Assembly (NCBI RefSeq): GCF_009914755.1
Contig: NC_060937.1
Reading direction: 5' to 3' (one strand)
From: the human T2T-CHM13v2.0 reference genome, Homo sapiens
Length of the DNA: 64,000 nt
Below, piece by piece: positions 26,126 to 39,918 of the stretch. The notes beneath the pieces were generated by a model that had not been told where the DNA came from, ran no database searches, and saw only the letters and a list, made by a program, of their open reading frames with translations. Each line of letters starts with the position of its first letter. Position 1 is the first letter of the stretch. The position numbers and the translations under genes were made by a program.

Positions 26126-28807
26126 TTCCTGAATGAACTCTATGTATGTATACTTATTGAATTATATATGCATTAAAATCATATTTGATTGACTAATTTA
26201 CTAATACCTAGTAAATTAATTGTTCAATAATTCTCATTCATAATGTTACTGAGTTGATTTTAATTTTATTAAGATCTCAAAATATTTGGCATATTGATCT
26301 TCATCATGTAAAATGCAGCTCAGGATCAAGTGGCATTATCTTTCTAGCCTGAGATCATGTAACATGCCCAAATGCATATGTACTGCAGGAATGCTGAACT
26401 TCTGGCATAATTAGATACTTTCTAATTTCAACTGCATGATGTTTCTCTTGAATAAAACATACTTTTTGTCCCTTTGTCAACAGAGGACAGTTCCTTTTTT
26501 ATTGTCAAAAGAACCCAGGTTTGCAAATATTAATTTTTTGAAAATAATTCTAGCATTCCAAGAAGACTTGAGAAATTTCTCCTCTGATTTTTCATGTATA
26601 TACTGCCATTAGAGACTTGTCTTATTTTGTAAGCATAAAATCATTTATCTATTCCCTATGGTATATTGTTCAGAAGGGTATCTATAATCTTTGTGGCACT
26701 AGTACCTATTACAACGACACAATTGATAAATATGTAATCATTTAATAGCTAGATATACAATTAAAGTAAATCTCTGAGTGTTCTAAAGAATCATTCATTG
26801 TTTTTTTAAAAAAAGCGTGCTCTCCTGAAAGTCAAATCCATCCCTATATAATATTATTTTCTACCCTGTTGATGCCATCTGTTACTTAAAGCTACCCAAT
26901 TTGTTTTGCATTCTCTTTCTATACCTTGATAATTTCCCACACCGTAAGTTCTACCTCCTCAAACAGAATCCAGAAAGCATCCATGTTCAAGACTCCTTCT
27001 AAGTAGACTACAAGCATTTAATTCAAGTTTCTCCAGTGAAATGCAACCAAGCAAGTCTTGGATATAGCAGTGATCAACATCTAACAGAAGATCAGTTTTT
27101 TGTCAACCACTCTGATAAGGGTGCTCTGTTTCTTGGGGGTAGCAATGGCAGAATTGCTGTTACCAATTGTTGAATGCCTTAGAAGTCAACAAATAATGGC
27201 TATCATTTCAACATAGAAAAATCCCTATGATGTGTAGGGCATTGTTGCTGCCTCTGCCTGGCTCTTTGGCTTTAGCAGAGATTTTTTAAGTTTCCAATGA
27301 AGCTTAAATGAATTACATTTCTGGTAAAGTAACTCAGAGAGGATTCCGTTTTGAGGAACCAGGAATTCTGAACAATAAAAACTGATGTTACAGTACATGC
27401 TTGTTCATAGAAAGTTATTTTGATAATAGTGATAATATACTACAAACCTTTACATACATCTTTTTAATTTTTAGCATATATGCTGCAATAGGAAAATCAG
27501 CAAATTGGGACAATTTCGTTTCTTTTCGAGCCTACTATATGATTCTCTTGTGAGGCATAGATTTGCTTTTCATATACAGTTTTCATTAAGCAAACTGCCA
27601 GCAGCTCAGGAAAAGAGGGTTGAGAATTTCCAGTTGACTTCCTCAAGCAGACAAACATATTTGTCTTAGACTTAGACTAGCCACAAAGATAGATTCCTGC
27701 AAAGAGTATGAGTATATAATGTTAATTGTCTGAGTCAATCTGGAAGTTCGAATAGTGTGAGTGCTCAGGTGAGGTTTGCACCTGTTTTCAATATCTGTGA
27801 CAAATGCACATGGAAAATCCCATTTCTTTCCCGCTGGAACTCCATAAGCAGCTAGAAAGTAATAAGCGCCTATGCAAATAAAGAAGAAAAATATTTATGC
27901 TTGCATAAAGCCAATACAATATTCATTGTTATTTAATGAATTAAAATTAAAATTCCATAAATATGTATTCTAAGTAACATGATTATTTGCCATAAATTTT
28001 ATTTCTATATTAATAACTTTTGTAACTCTCCACAATCATAATTTTACAATCAGTTCACTTAAACAAATGTTAATTGGAGAGCTACAATATACTATAAAGT
28101 TTATGGTGAACTATACATGATATGAATGCAAAGATTTAATAAAACACAGCCTAGGCCTTGATAAAATAACCCTGCAGAAACAAAATGAATAAAATTAAAG
28201 AAATGTCATTTTACTTGTACTTCATGCTATGGAATGTGTAGGAATTTTCACCAGTGTTTTACTTAGTGCTCATCACAGGCCTATAATTGAGATTTCAAAA
28301 ACATTTAAATAATCTGTTCACGAGTACATAGATAGTAGGTTTTGTTGTGGTTTAGGGAGAAGCATAGATTCGGCTCATGTTTTGATGATTTCCAGAACTT
28401 AGTCCTTTTCTCTTCATCAGTAGTTCTTACCCTTTTGTTTGTAACAATTAAGTATAGCATATTATTAGGTCTCAAAATTTTAAATATATTTTAACATGTA
28501 TATAGTATTAAATTACATCACTGATCAGAGAGAGGGCAAATATGTGGAATATTATTACAACAGTCCAGAGAGAATAAATGAGGTTATTGCTAGAAATGAG
28601 CATGAAGCATAACACAGTGACAGGCTGTAAAGCCTAGGTTAGAAAGGTAACCAACAATGCATAGAGACAGACAAAAACATGAGTAAATATAAAAATAATA
28701 ATATCTATCATTTACTAATAATTCATATATTTTTACTCCTATGAAGAGTTTTCCATGGATTGGCTTATTTAATTATCATCCTATAACTTCATGTACAGAT
28801 AAAGTCT

Positions 28808-29064
28808 CTTTTATTTTAGTTATTTATTTAGAAACAGGGTCACATGTTGCTGTCCCTAGAGTGCAGTGATGCATTCTAGCTCCGTATATCCTTATACTCT
28901 TGAGCTCAAGTGACCTTCCCACCTTAGCCTCCCAAGTAGCTAGGACTGGAGGTACATTCCACCATGTCTTGCTCATTCTTATTTTTTGTAAAGACAGGGT
29001 CTCTATAAGTTGCCCAGGCTGGTCTAGAACTCTTGGCCTCAAGGGATTCCCACCACTTCCAGCC
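28808..29064 (-). mobile_element. AluJ-type element, 5'-truncated, inserted in a MIR remnant (~28700-29190)
   Basis: GAAACAGGGTCACATG...GAGCTCAAGTGACCTTCCCACCTTAGCCTCCCAAGTAGC...GTTGCCCAGGCTGGTCTAGAAC; TSD ATAAAGTCT at 28799-28807 and 29070-29078. Confidence 0.88.
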
Positions 29065-29247
29065 TGTATATAAAGTCTGTAAGGCAAAGGAGCTCAATAC
29101 TTTACCCCCAAATAACTTAGCAAGTAGGGGTGGATCCAGAATTATAACCCCAGAGTCTAGCTTCAAGTTGATGTTCTTATACCCTATATTAAACAAAAAC
29201 TTACCTGATGTATCTTAAATATAATGTTTGCATAAATAGTTCTCTCA

Positions 29248-29720
29248 GACACTATTCAGAGTAGCAAAGACATGGAATCAACTTAGATGTCCATCAACAG
29301 TGGACTAGTTAAAGAAAATGTGGTACATATACGCCATGGAATACTATGCAGCCATTAAAAAGAATGAAATAACATCCTTTGCAGCATAATAGATGCAGCT
29401 GGAGGTCATTATCATAAGCAAATGATGGCAAGAATGAAAAACCAAATACTGCATGTTCTCACCTATAAGTAGAAGCTACATACTGAGTACACATGTATAT
29501 AAAGATGGAAACAATAGACACGGGGGACTACTGGAGGTGGGAGGATGGGAGCGGAGTGAGGGTTAAGAACTATCTGTTGAGTACTATACTCACTCTCTGG
29601 GTGACAGGTTCATTCTCATGCTAAACCTAACTGACATGCAATTTACCCATGTGACAAACCTGCACATGTATCCCCTGAAACTAAAATAAAAATTAAAAAA
29701 AAACAAAAACAAAAACAAGA
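29248..29720 (+). mobile_element. L1 3' end (L1PA15-16/L1PB-like)
   Basis: GTAGCAAAGACATGGAATCAAC...GGAATACTATGCAGCCATTAAAAAGAATG...CCTGCACATGTATCCCCTGAAACTAAAATAAAA plus A-rich tail. Confidence 0.9.
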
Positions 29721-30456
29721 ATGCACATAAGGATGACCTTGAGGGCTCATGTAAAAAGCAATAACAATACACTCAAGGACAGATATAAGCAAAGGACATC
29801 ATTTTTAATTTTAGCATAAAAGAAAGGACTCAGTAGAATTTCCATAAGACTAAATACATAAAAAGAAAGAGAAATTTAGAATGAAACAAAATAAAAATCA
29901 GCATCTTCATCTTATCCATTATAGATTTTCTTTAACAAATTAGAAATAAAGATTTGGGCATTAAAGTGACAAATTCACTTTATTTACCCTCTGAAGAAAA
30001 GGCCATGTTGGTTATATGAAGCCCACAAACATAAAATCATCTAAAATAGAAATATAAATACATCTCCAAAGTATAATTTTAAACATCAATTCTAACTCTA
30101 TCTCTACATTCTAACCAAACAGATATCTTTGCCCGAGAGATATTACCACTTTCATTTGCATTTCTTCTAGCTAGCCAGAATTAAACAGTTCCTTCTGTCC
30201 ATTTATTTACAGTTTTAGAAAGTTGAAACCAATGCAAAATAATTCATTAATTACATGGCTTCTAGCAAAATTTTGGCTTTTACCAGACATCTTGAGAGCT
30301 AAATTTTGCTAATAATGCTTCCGAGAGTGATTTCTGATATCCACAACAAATGCAGGATTACCACTTTCCAACTGTTTAGGTGTTCTCTACTATAATGGAA
30401 CACAATTTTACTTTCACATCTTTTCTTCTCATCTTACACAGATGAAATTCTGACTT

Positions 30457-30710
30457 ATTGATGGGAGTTGAACAATGAGAACACATGGACACAGGGAGGG
30501 GAACAACACACACTGGGGCCTGTCAGGGGAGGGTGGAGTGAGAGGTGTGAAAACATCAGGAAAAATAGCTGATGCATGCTGGGCTTAATACCTAGGTGAT
30601 GGGTTGATAGGTGCAGCAAACCACCATGGCACACATTTATCTGTGTAACAAACATTCACATCCTGCACATGTAACCCGGAACTTAAAATAATAATAATAA
30701 TAATAAAAGA
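30457..30710 (+). mobile_element. L1PA (about PA10-13) 3'-end fragment
   Basis: GGGAGTTGAACAATGAGAACACATGGACACAGGGAGGGGAAC...GGTGCAGCAAACCACCATGGCAC...GAACTTAAAAT(AAT)n. Confidence 0.9.
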
Positions 30711-31022
30711 AATCGGTTTTCTTCCTCTTTTAGTTTATTTCTGATAGTAGTTTGGGTACTTCAAGTGATAACCTTAAATATAAAGTAATGGAAATTACCA
30801 GTAGATAATAAGGATGCTAGAGCCACTTTACTGAAATGGCTTTTAGAACCCCTTCACATGTTTTACTTAAGGGAAAAATAGCCATGAATATGATACAACC
30901 CAAAGAAAGAAATATTATGGGTATAAAAAGCAACAGCCTTATTTTAAAGCACTTTAATGTATTCCACAAAAATATAAAGTTACTTAAAGTTGTTATGTGT
31001 TACTTAAAAAACTTATTTATTC

Positions 31023-31347
<325 letters not shown>

Positions 31348-32750
31348 CTATCTGGAATCAAAACCTGTTTAAATGTCTTACAAGTAAATTATTTGAGTTA
31401 TTGAAATGAAGCAATTGTGAAAATTTTCTTTGAGATTATTACTAATTTTACTTTAGTCATTATTTTGTTGTAATATATTAATTTTCATTATTTATATAAA
31501 AATAGCATCTATCCAAATTTTCGCTATCAAAACCAGAAATAATTGTATCAATAATATGTAATTTTTAAGAGCTTCATTATTAAATCAGGGAAAGTTAGAA
31601 CAAATAAAGACTGCATATAGATAAAAATAATGTATTACCTTTTATGTGCATTTAAGACAAACAACCAAATAACACTTCAAATCTTATAGGACTAAGACTG
31701 ATTTCAATATTAAAATTAACTGATTACATTTGAATTAACTAAAAACCAGTTACATCTTATTTTCATATCAAACATAACATTTCACTGAATATAAAGAGCT
31801 TTCTCTCTCCTTCCCTCCTCCTTTCACTCCCACTCTTTCCCTACCTCTGAATTTGACTGAAATAAACATTAAGAAGTACCAAACAAATGCTATATTGAGC
31901 TATAGTAAAAAGCAAATGATGTATTTCATAAGACGAGTATAACCAGCACAAGTTGAAAATACACCCATACATCCCATTATTCTTCCGTCTCTTCTTAACA
32001 GAAAGGGAAACACTATCTCAATACTCAACATGTTAGTTTAATTTTGACTTTTTAAAGATTAATATAAAAGGTGCCAAAGACTATGTACTTATTTCAATAT
32101 TGTGTTGGTAAAATTTTCTACAATTGTCTTCTGTAGCTGTTGTTCATTAATTTATATGACAATTTAGTATATTTTCACTCCACCGTTAATGGGAGTTTGG
32201 GCTATTTCTCACATTATTGACTATGAACAACTATTAACACTTTTATAAATATATATTGGTGTAGGTGATGTAAAAATTTGTAATACATTTAATACATTTT
32301 AATAATACTATCAATATGTTTCTGTCCAAATTTTACATAATTACACATTCACTTATGAACAAGAGTTAAACTTACTCAACATCATTGCATAAACTTATAA
32401 ATAATATTCAATTATATTTATAACAAATAAAATATAATTATTAATATCATATATGTAATACAATGTTAGGCAGCGCAATACAATTTAATATGGCATACCT
32501 ATTCCTCTAAGTTTACAATGATTTGCATTTCCTGAGCTAATAATTTTGAATATTCTTTTGTAATGTTATTGATCATTTTCACAAGATTTTTTAACAAAGA
32601 AATTGTATTACTTTTTGCCTATATGTTTCCAAATAGTTTTCTCTCTTTTTATTATTGATTTGCAGGGTTTTTTTTTTCAAATATTGTCTTAATAAAAGCT
32701 CTTTGTTAATAATGTGTTGCAAATTTTGTATTCTGTGTCTTACATTTTAA

Positions 32751-33025
<275 letters not shown>

Positions 33026-33176
33026 ATATTTTAACTTTTTGAATGATATTTTTAAATAAAAATAAATTTGAAATTTTGATTTAGTTAAATATAGATATAT
33101 ATTTCCCTTATATTTAATGCTTTCTGTGTCCCAATAAAGAAATCTATCCTCAAACCAAATTAACACATTTTTTCTT

Positions 33177-33475
<299 letters not shown>

Positions 33476-33644
33476 TTATATCTTAAGGTCAATGAATTTC
33501 AACACTTGTCTATTACATTATGAAAAAAAACTCTAGCCTCATTTATTTCCATTTAAAGTCCAATTTACTCAATAGGAATTTACTGGGTTGGGGGAAAGTA
33601 ATACTGCTACAGAGCAGAAAGTTTGTAAAAAACAAAATGACCCA

Positions 33645-33935
33645 CTGGGCGCGGTGGCTCACGCCCGTAATCCCACCGCTTTGGGAGGCCGAGGCGGGTG
33701 CATCACTTGAGGTCAGGAGTTTCAGACCAGACTACCCAACATGGCGGAACCCCGTCTCTACTAAAAATGCAAAAATTAGCCCAGCGTGGTGGCGCGTGCC
33801 CTTAGTCCCAGCTACTCAGGAGGCTGAGGCAAGGAGAATGGCTTGAACCCGGGAGGCGGAGGTTGCAGTGATCTAAGATAGCGCCACCGCACTCCAGCCT
33901 GGGTGACAGAGTGAGTATCTGTCTCAAAAAAAAAA
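33645..33935 (+). mobile_element. AluS-type element, unusually CpG-rich
   Basis: CATCACTTGAGGTCAGGAGTT; I count 16 CpGs by eye. Confidence 0.92.
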
Positions 33936-34704
33936 TTATCTGTAGATCTGTTTCTGGCCTCTGTTCTACTCTTTTTGCCTATTTGTTTATACTGATGTCC
34001 AAACTACACTATCTTGGTTACTGTTGCTTTCCTCCAAATTTTGGTATCTGGTATAGAAAGTACACTCCTTTTGTTTTTCTCTGTGGCCATTCTTGACTCA
34101 TCCCTCATCTCATAGAGAAAGCTGTATTTTTTTTTCTGTAGGTTTCATTTAGGTATACTCTACCAAATTCATGAGCGGATGATATTAATTAAATATCTTT
34201 TCTAAGTCTATAAAGCTGATTATTAAATAGTATGTTTTATCTACATGTAACATAGATGATATATTTGATTGGTACAAAAGTGATAACATTGTGTATTATA
34301 TTTTGGTTACTAGGCTCAATTATGTTATTATTTTTTATTACTAAACTAATTTTGTTTTTTGTAATAAATGGAATTCATTTTGGTGTATTTTTCATATGCC
34401 TGCATTGTTTAATAATTTATTTTGGAATTTACATATGTAGACATAATGTTACTGGCATTTAATTTTTTCTCTTAATGCTCTTACAAGTTTTGATAATGAG
34501 TTCACACTAGTCTGACAAAATCAATTGTGAACTGACCGTACTTCTCCTCCTTAGGAGAATTTATGTACAATAGATATAATTTCTTTTTTAAACATTCAGT
34601 TGAATTTGCTAGAAAAGATATCTGGACCTAGGGTGCTTGTTCTTGGAAAGTAATCTGCTTACTTGTTTGTTCCAAGTTTCAAATTTTATCTTTCATATTA
34701 GCTA

Positions 34705-35560
34705 TTAAATGTGTTATTGAAGTAAAATATACATAATAGAAGCTAAACATAGATAGCATAAATGTACAGCCTATTGTATCAAAAGAATGTATTCATACAG
34801 CAAGCTTCTCCATCAAGAAACAGTGTTTTCAGCACCCCTGGAGACCTTTCTGTGCTTCCTTCCAGTCACTTGACCCCTAGGAATACCTTCATCCTTCTAA
34901 CAGAATAGGTTATTTTTGCCCACTTTTTAAATTTTATATAAATGAAATCATGCAGTTTGTACTTTTTGCTGCCTAGATTCTTTCAGTCAATATTATATTT
35001 GTGAGATACATTAACATTGTTATGTAGAATTGTAGATTCTTTACTTTTTCTTGCTATATAGTATTCCACTGTATAAATCATACCACCAACTATTTAGTAA
35101 TTTCATTGGTGTTAGTGGGCATTTGGGAGCTGTTGCAAGTTGTGTTACTGTGTACATTACAGTCCACATGTTTTCATAAAAATATTTGTTCATTTTGGAA
35201 GGTACCTATACCTAGGAGTAGAATGCGAGTTCATAGAGCATTCCCATGTCTGTTTTAGCACATATCGCCAAACATTCTGCAAAAATGATTCACCAACGGA
35301 TAGCCTCAGTGCCATCAATAGGAGTTATGATTGTATCACATGCTCGCCAGAACTTAATGTCTCCAATTTTTAAAATTCCTTATTTGGTATGTGGAATTGG
35401 AAAAGTTGGAAAACATATGTTTTGGTCTAATTTGCATGTTGATAATGAATAACGATATTTTTCAACTTTTGAATACTTGTTATTTGGATATCCTTTTGTG
35501 CGAAGTGTTTGTTCATATTTTTAAGAACAAATTTTTCTATTGCTTCTTTGACTTTAATTT
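34705..35560 (-). mobile_element. L1ME-type 3'-end fragment
   Basis: TTATTGAAGTAAAATATACAT...TATATAAATGAAATCATGCAG...ATAGTATTCCACTGTATAAATCATACCAC...TACCTAGGAGTAGAAT. Confidence 0.72.
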
Positions 35561-36360
35561 TGGGTTTGAAAACAGGTGAGATTTATGTCTGCTTGAAAAG
35601 CAGATTTGATTGTAACCAAATTGTAGATATCTATGGAAATTTGAGCAACTCCATATGGAAAATTACATTTTAAGTTTGAAGTTATATGAAAAACTGCTAA
35701 TAAAGAGGATTTACCCATTCTTCAATGGGATTAGAATTTAAAGGCTGAGAACTGAAAATAAATACATAAAAATGTCCTAAATCTTACCAAGCTTTTTTTG
35801 GCTGCCTGAAATGAAATAGGTTCTGATGACAATTTACACAATATTCCACCATTATTGGTAACAAAATAAATCTTGGTTGATTTTTTTAATACAATTCATA
35901 TTAAAACACACTGTTACTTGAAACATCTTGAATTTCAACAAAACATGACAAATTCGTGTTGGACTTAAACAAGATTTAATCATAATATTAAGCTTTTAAA
36001 CTAAGGTGTTAGAATTTCATTTAGAATACTTAAAAATAATCTTTAGTAAACTAATCTGATCTATCTGTAGCTGAAATATAACACATCTATTTAATCAAAA
36101 GCATTTTTGTGTGTGTTATACACACAAATGTTATACAGATGTGTTACAGTGTATAAAGTTATATTTGATACTACTTTTTAAAATTACCCTAAGAAAAAAA
36201 ATCTCTAAAAGTCTTTTGCCTTTGGAATATTGATAACCATAGTATAGTTGAGAAGAAAATATTCTCTAATAGTATAATTTAAAAACATAATATATGATTG
36301 ATAAAGAAATTTGAACATTTAATTTTGTAAAATGTTAACTTAGAAACATTTATATTTCTT

Positions 36361-36537
36361 TGTGTGTGTGTGTTTATATTAGAATTATTAGTGGAATACC
36401 ATCTAATCAGTTAAAAAGAATATATGGATACACATATATTTATACACATTTATATATGCACACATGATATATATTTAATACACATATATACATATACATA
36501 CACTCCACATGAACACATACAAATGCACACACACACT
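36361..36537. repeat. TG/TA/CA-rich low-complexity tract
   Basis: Seen directly. Confidence 0.7.
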
Positions 36538-37471
36538 TTAACAATATAGTTAACTTTTCAAATATTGACATTTTTCTAGGTCGTTGCAACATTTATCTTA
36601 AACTAAAAAAAGATTTGCTTAATTCTTGTTTGCTTATAAAAACGTTAAAATTAAACATGCAAGTGAAAGAACTTTCTTATTTTGTCATATTTGTGCCTGG
36701 TAAAATTAACATTAAAAGAATATCATAGCTTAGAAGTATTCATATAAGTTTAAGAAATCCAAAAGTATAATCCTAACACAACTCCACAAATATATTAGGG
36801 TATCACATAGTTACATAAGAAGATATTTACATCTTACCCTCTGTATTTGAATAAAATATTTTTTGTTTAAAAAATTGTGGATCACTTTTTGCATTTTAGT
36901 TTCCTTTGTAATTTGTGTTTCATGATGTCAATATTTCTACAGATTTAAATAAGAACATGTGTACATAAACATATAAGTAATACAAAAAGCAATTTCCTTC
37001 TTGTTTAGTTGAGGTTGGAATAGAAACTCTATTTGTAAGTGACTAAAGTTAGCACTACAAAAAATAAAAGCCATTAGTTTATTGTGGTGAAAACAAAGAC
37101 ATGTATTAGCTCCAGAGACCATAAATATGCTACCAGGGATGCAATGAATTAGAAAATAAATAGAACGTTTATACCAACTTTTATAATGGAAGGGATAGCT
37201 GTTTTTAAAACAGTTTTAACAATCATGCTTTTCAGTTTTCCATACATACTTTTTAAGCCCTAAGAATACAATTTTATTTATCATTAAACTTGATAAATAG
37301 TGTGATGCAATAGAGTTGCAAAACTTATTTTCCACTATAATGCTGGTGTGCCTAGAAAGCATAATTTTTAAATTACTCTATAATTAATCTTACATAACAA
37401 AAGGGTCTATGTAAGGATGAGAAAGAAAAATAAACTCTGTTCTATTTGGTCAAAAATTATATGACACATGA

Positions 37472-38938
37472 TTTTTATTTTTAAAATTTTTATAGATACA
37501 TGACAGTTGTACATATTTATGGAGTACATGTGATATTTTTATGTAAACATACTATATACATTGATCAAATCAAGGTAAGTGGAATATCCATCACCTCAAG
37601 CATTGATTATTTCTTTGTGTTAGGAGCATTCCAGTTCCTTTCTTCTAGTTCTTCTGAAATACTCAATAAATTATTGCTGAACATAGTCGCTGAATTGTGC
37701 TACCCAAAACTGAATCACATTCCTTCTAGCTAACTACATTTTTGTGCCCATTAACCATTCCCTTTTTATCCCCTGCCACTACCCTTCTGAGCCTCTGTTA
37801 ACCATGATTGATTCTTACTGTCTATCTCCAAAAGATGTTTTTTTTTTAATCTCCCACATATGAGTGCAAACATGCAAAGTTTATTTTTCTGTGCCTGCCT
37901 TATTTAACTTACCATAATGTCTTCCAGTTCATTTTATGTTACGGTTGCAAATAACAGGATATCATTCTTTTTATGTCTGCATAAAATTCCACTGTGTATG
38001 TGTACCACATTTTCTTTATCCCTTTATATCTTGATGGGCACTGACTTAGGTTGATTCAAAATCTTGGCTATTGTGAATAATGCTGCAATAGACATGGGAG
38101 TGCAGATCTTTTTGATCTGCTGAGTTTCTTCCTTTGTATATATATCCAGAAGTCATATTGCTGGATCCAGTTATTTTTGACAAAGACATTAAGAACATAA
38201 GTTGAAGAAAGGACAGATTATTTAATAATGATGCTGGGGAAACCAGATACCCTTATGCAGAAGAAAGAAACTAAACCCTGTCTCTTACCATATACAAAAC
38301 CCAAATAAGAATGGATTAAATACTTAAATATAAAACCTGAAATATGAAGCTACAAGAAGATAATTTTGCAGAAACACCCAGGACATGGGTCTAGACATAG
38401 ATTTGTTGAGTAAGACCTAAAAAGCACAGGCAACCTAAGCAAAAAAGAAATGAACTCATATCAAGTTAAAAAGACTTTGCACAGTAAAGAAAAAAAAAAG
38501 AAACAGAATAAAGAGACAAACTACAGAATGGGAGAAAATATTTGCAAACTATGTATCTGATGAATAATTAATAACCAGACTACATAATATATAACTACAT
38601 ATGTATGCTACATACGTAGCAAAAATCAAATAACCCAATTCAATAATGGCAAAAGATCTGAACAGATATTTCTCAAAATAAGATATACAAATGGCCAACA
38701 GGAATATGAAAAATATTCAACATCAGTAATCATCAGAGAAATATAAATAAAAACTACAATGAGATATCATCTTATCCCAGTTGAAATGGTTTTTATCAAA
38801 AAGACAGATAATAAGCAATGCTGGCAAGAATTTGAAGGACAAATCCTGAATCACTGTCGGTGGAAAAGTACATTACAGCAGCCACTATGGAGAACAATAT
38901 GGAGGTTCCTCAGAAAACTAAAACTAGAGTTACCATAT
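37472..38938 (-). mobile_element. L1MA-type insertion with a 5' inversion (twin priming)
   Basis: 37472-38167 is the antisense 3' end. 38168-38938 is sense ORF2 ending ...GAGTTACCATAT, which in L1 directly precedes GATCCAGCAAT, the point where the antisense block begins. Confidence 0.9.
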
Positions 38939-39171
38939 CGTACCATGTTTTTGATAGTCCCTTTTTTAAATAGTGTAAATAACTTCTCGATAAAATTGTA
39001 TCATCACTCAGTATCCTTTTTCTCTTTTTCTATACCTTCAATGGCAAATTTCTTGGAGAATGTCAACTATCTATGTTGATCATCTGACTTACTGTCCAAT
39101 CTGGAATACTTGGACAATGAAAAGAATTGCTGTACTCTTTCAAGAGTTACTTCCAAATTTTATAATTAAAA

Positions 39172-39605
39172 AATTATTTTAATTGACAAAATAATTATGC
39201 ATCTTTATGGTGTGCAGTGTAATATTTCAATACAGTATATAATATGTAATAATCGAATTAGAATAATTAGCATACCATCCCTTAGACATTTATAATTTCT
39301 TTATGATGAGAACGTTCAAAATCCTCTCTTCCATATAATTTAAAATATATTATTGTTAACAATAATCACCATAATGTGCAATGGAACACTGGAATGTATT
39401 CCTCTAACTGGAACTTTGTACCCAGTGACCATCCTCTCCTCATCCAACTCCCACCCTCCCCAGCCTTTGGTACTCACTTTTCTACTCTCTACTTTTATGA
39501 GATCAACTTTTTTTAGGTTCCACGTATGGGTAAGATCATGTGGTATTTGTCTTTCTGTGCTTGGTTAATTTCACTTAACAAAATGTCCTCCAGGTTCATC
39601 CACTT
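39172..39605 (-). mobile_element. L1MA-type 3'-end fragment
   Basis: TTTTAATTGACAAAATAATTATGCATC...TTTAGGTTCCACGTATGGGTAAGATCATGTGGTATTTGTC...CTCCAGGTTCATCCA. Confidence 0.85.
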
Positions 39606-39771
39606 GTTCAGTGTTTTGCTGGTTTTTAATTATAGCTCTGTCAATGTCGGTCATAGTGCTGGTTCACTGGTTCTTAATTCTAAATCCAAGGGTTCGGGGA
39701 GGCTTATGGTTCCTTCTTCCTAAATACATGGAGCTCACAGTGTTCTATGGTGATATCTATGCACCAATATT

Positions 39772-39918
39772 ATTTTAGTTAGTTTAGTTTAGTCTTTATT
39801 TTGGGTTCTAGGAACATGTGCAGGATACGCAGGTTTGTTACACAGGTAAACGTGTGCCGTGGTGGTATGCTGCACCTATCAAGCCATCACCTAGTTATTA
39901 AACCCAGCATGCATTAAC
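39772..39918 (-). mobile_element. Short L1PA 3' end with a (TTTAG)n-derived tail
   Basis: ACATGTGCAGGATACGCAGGTTTGTTACACAGGTAAACGTGTGCCGTGGTGG...CCCAGCATGCATTA. Confidence 0.88.
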
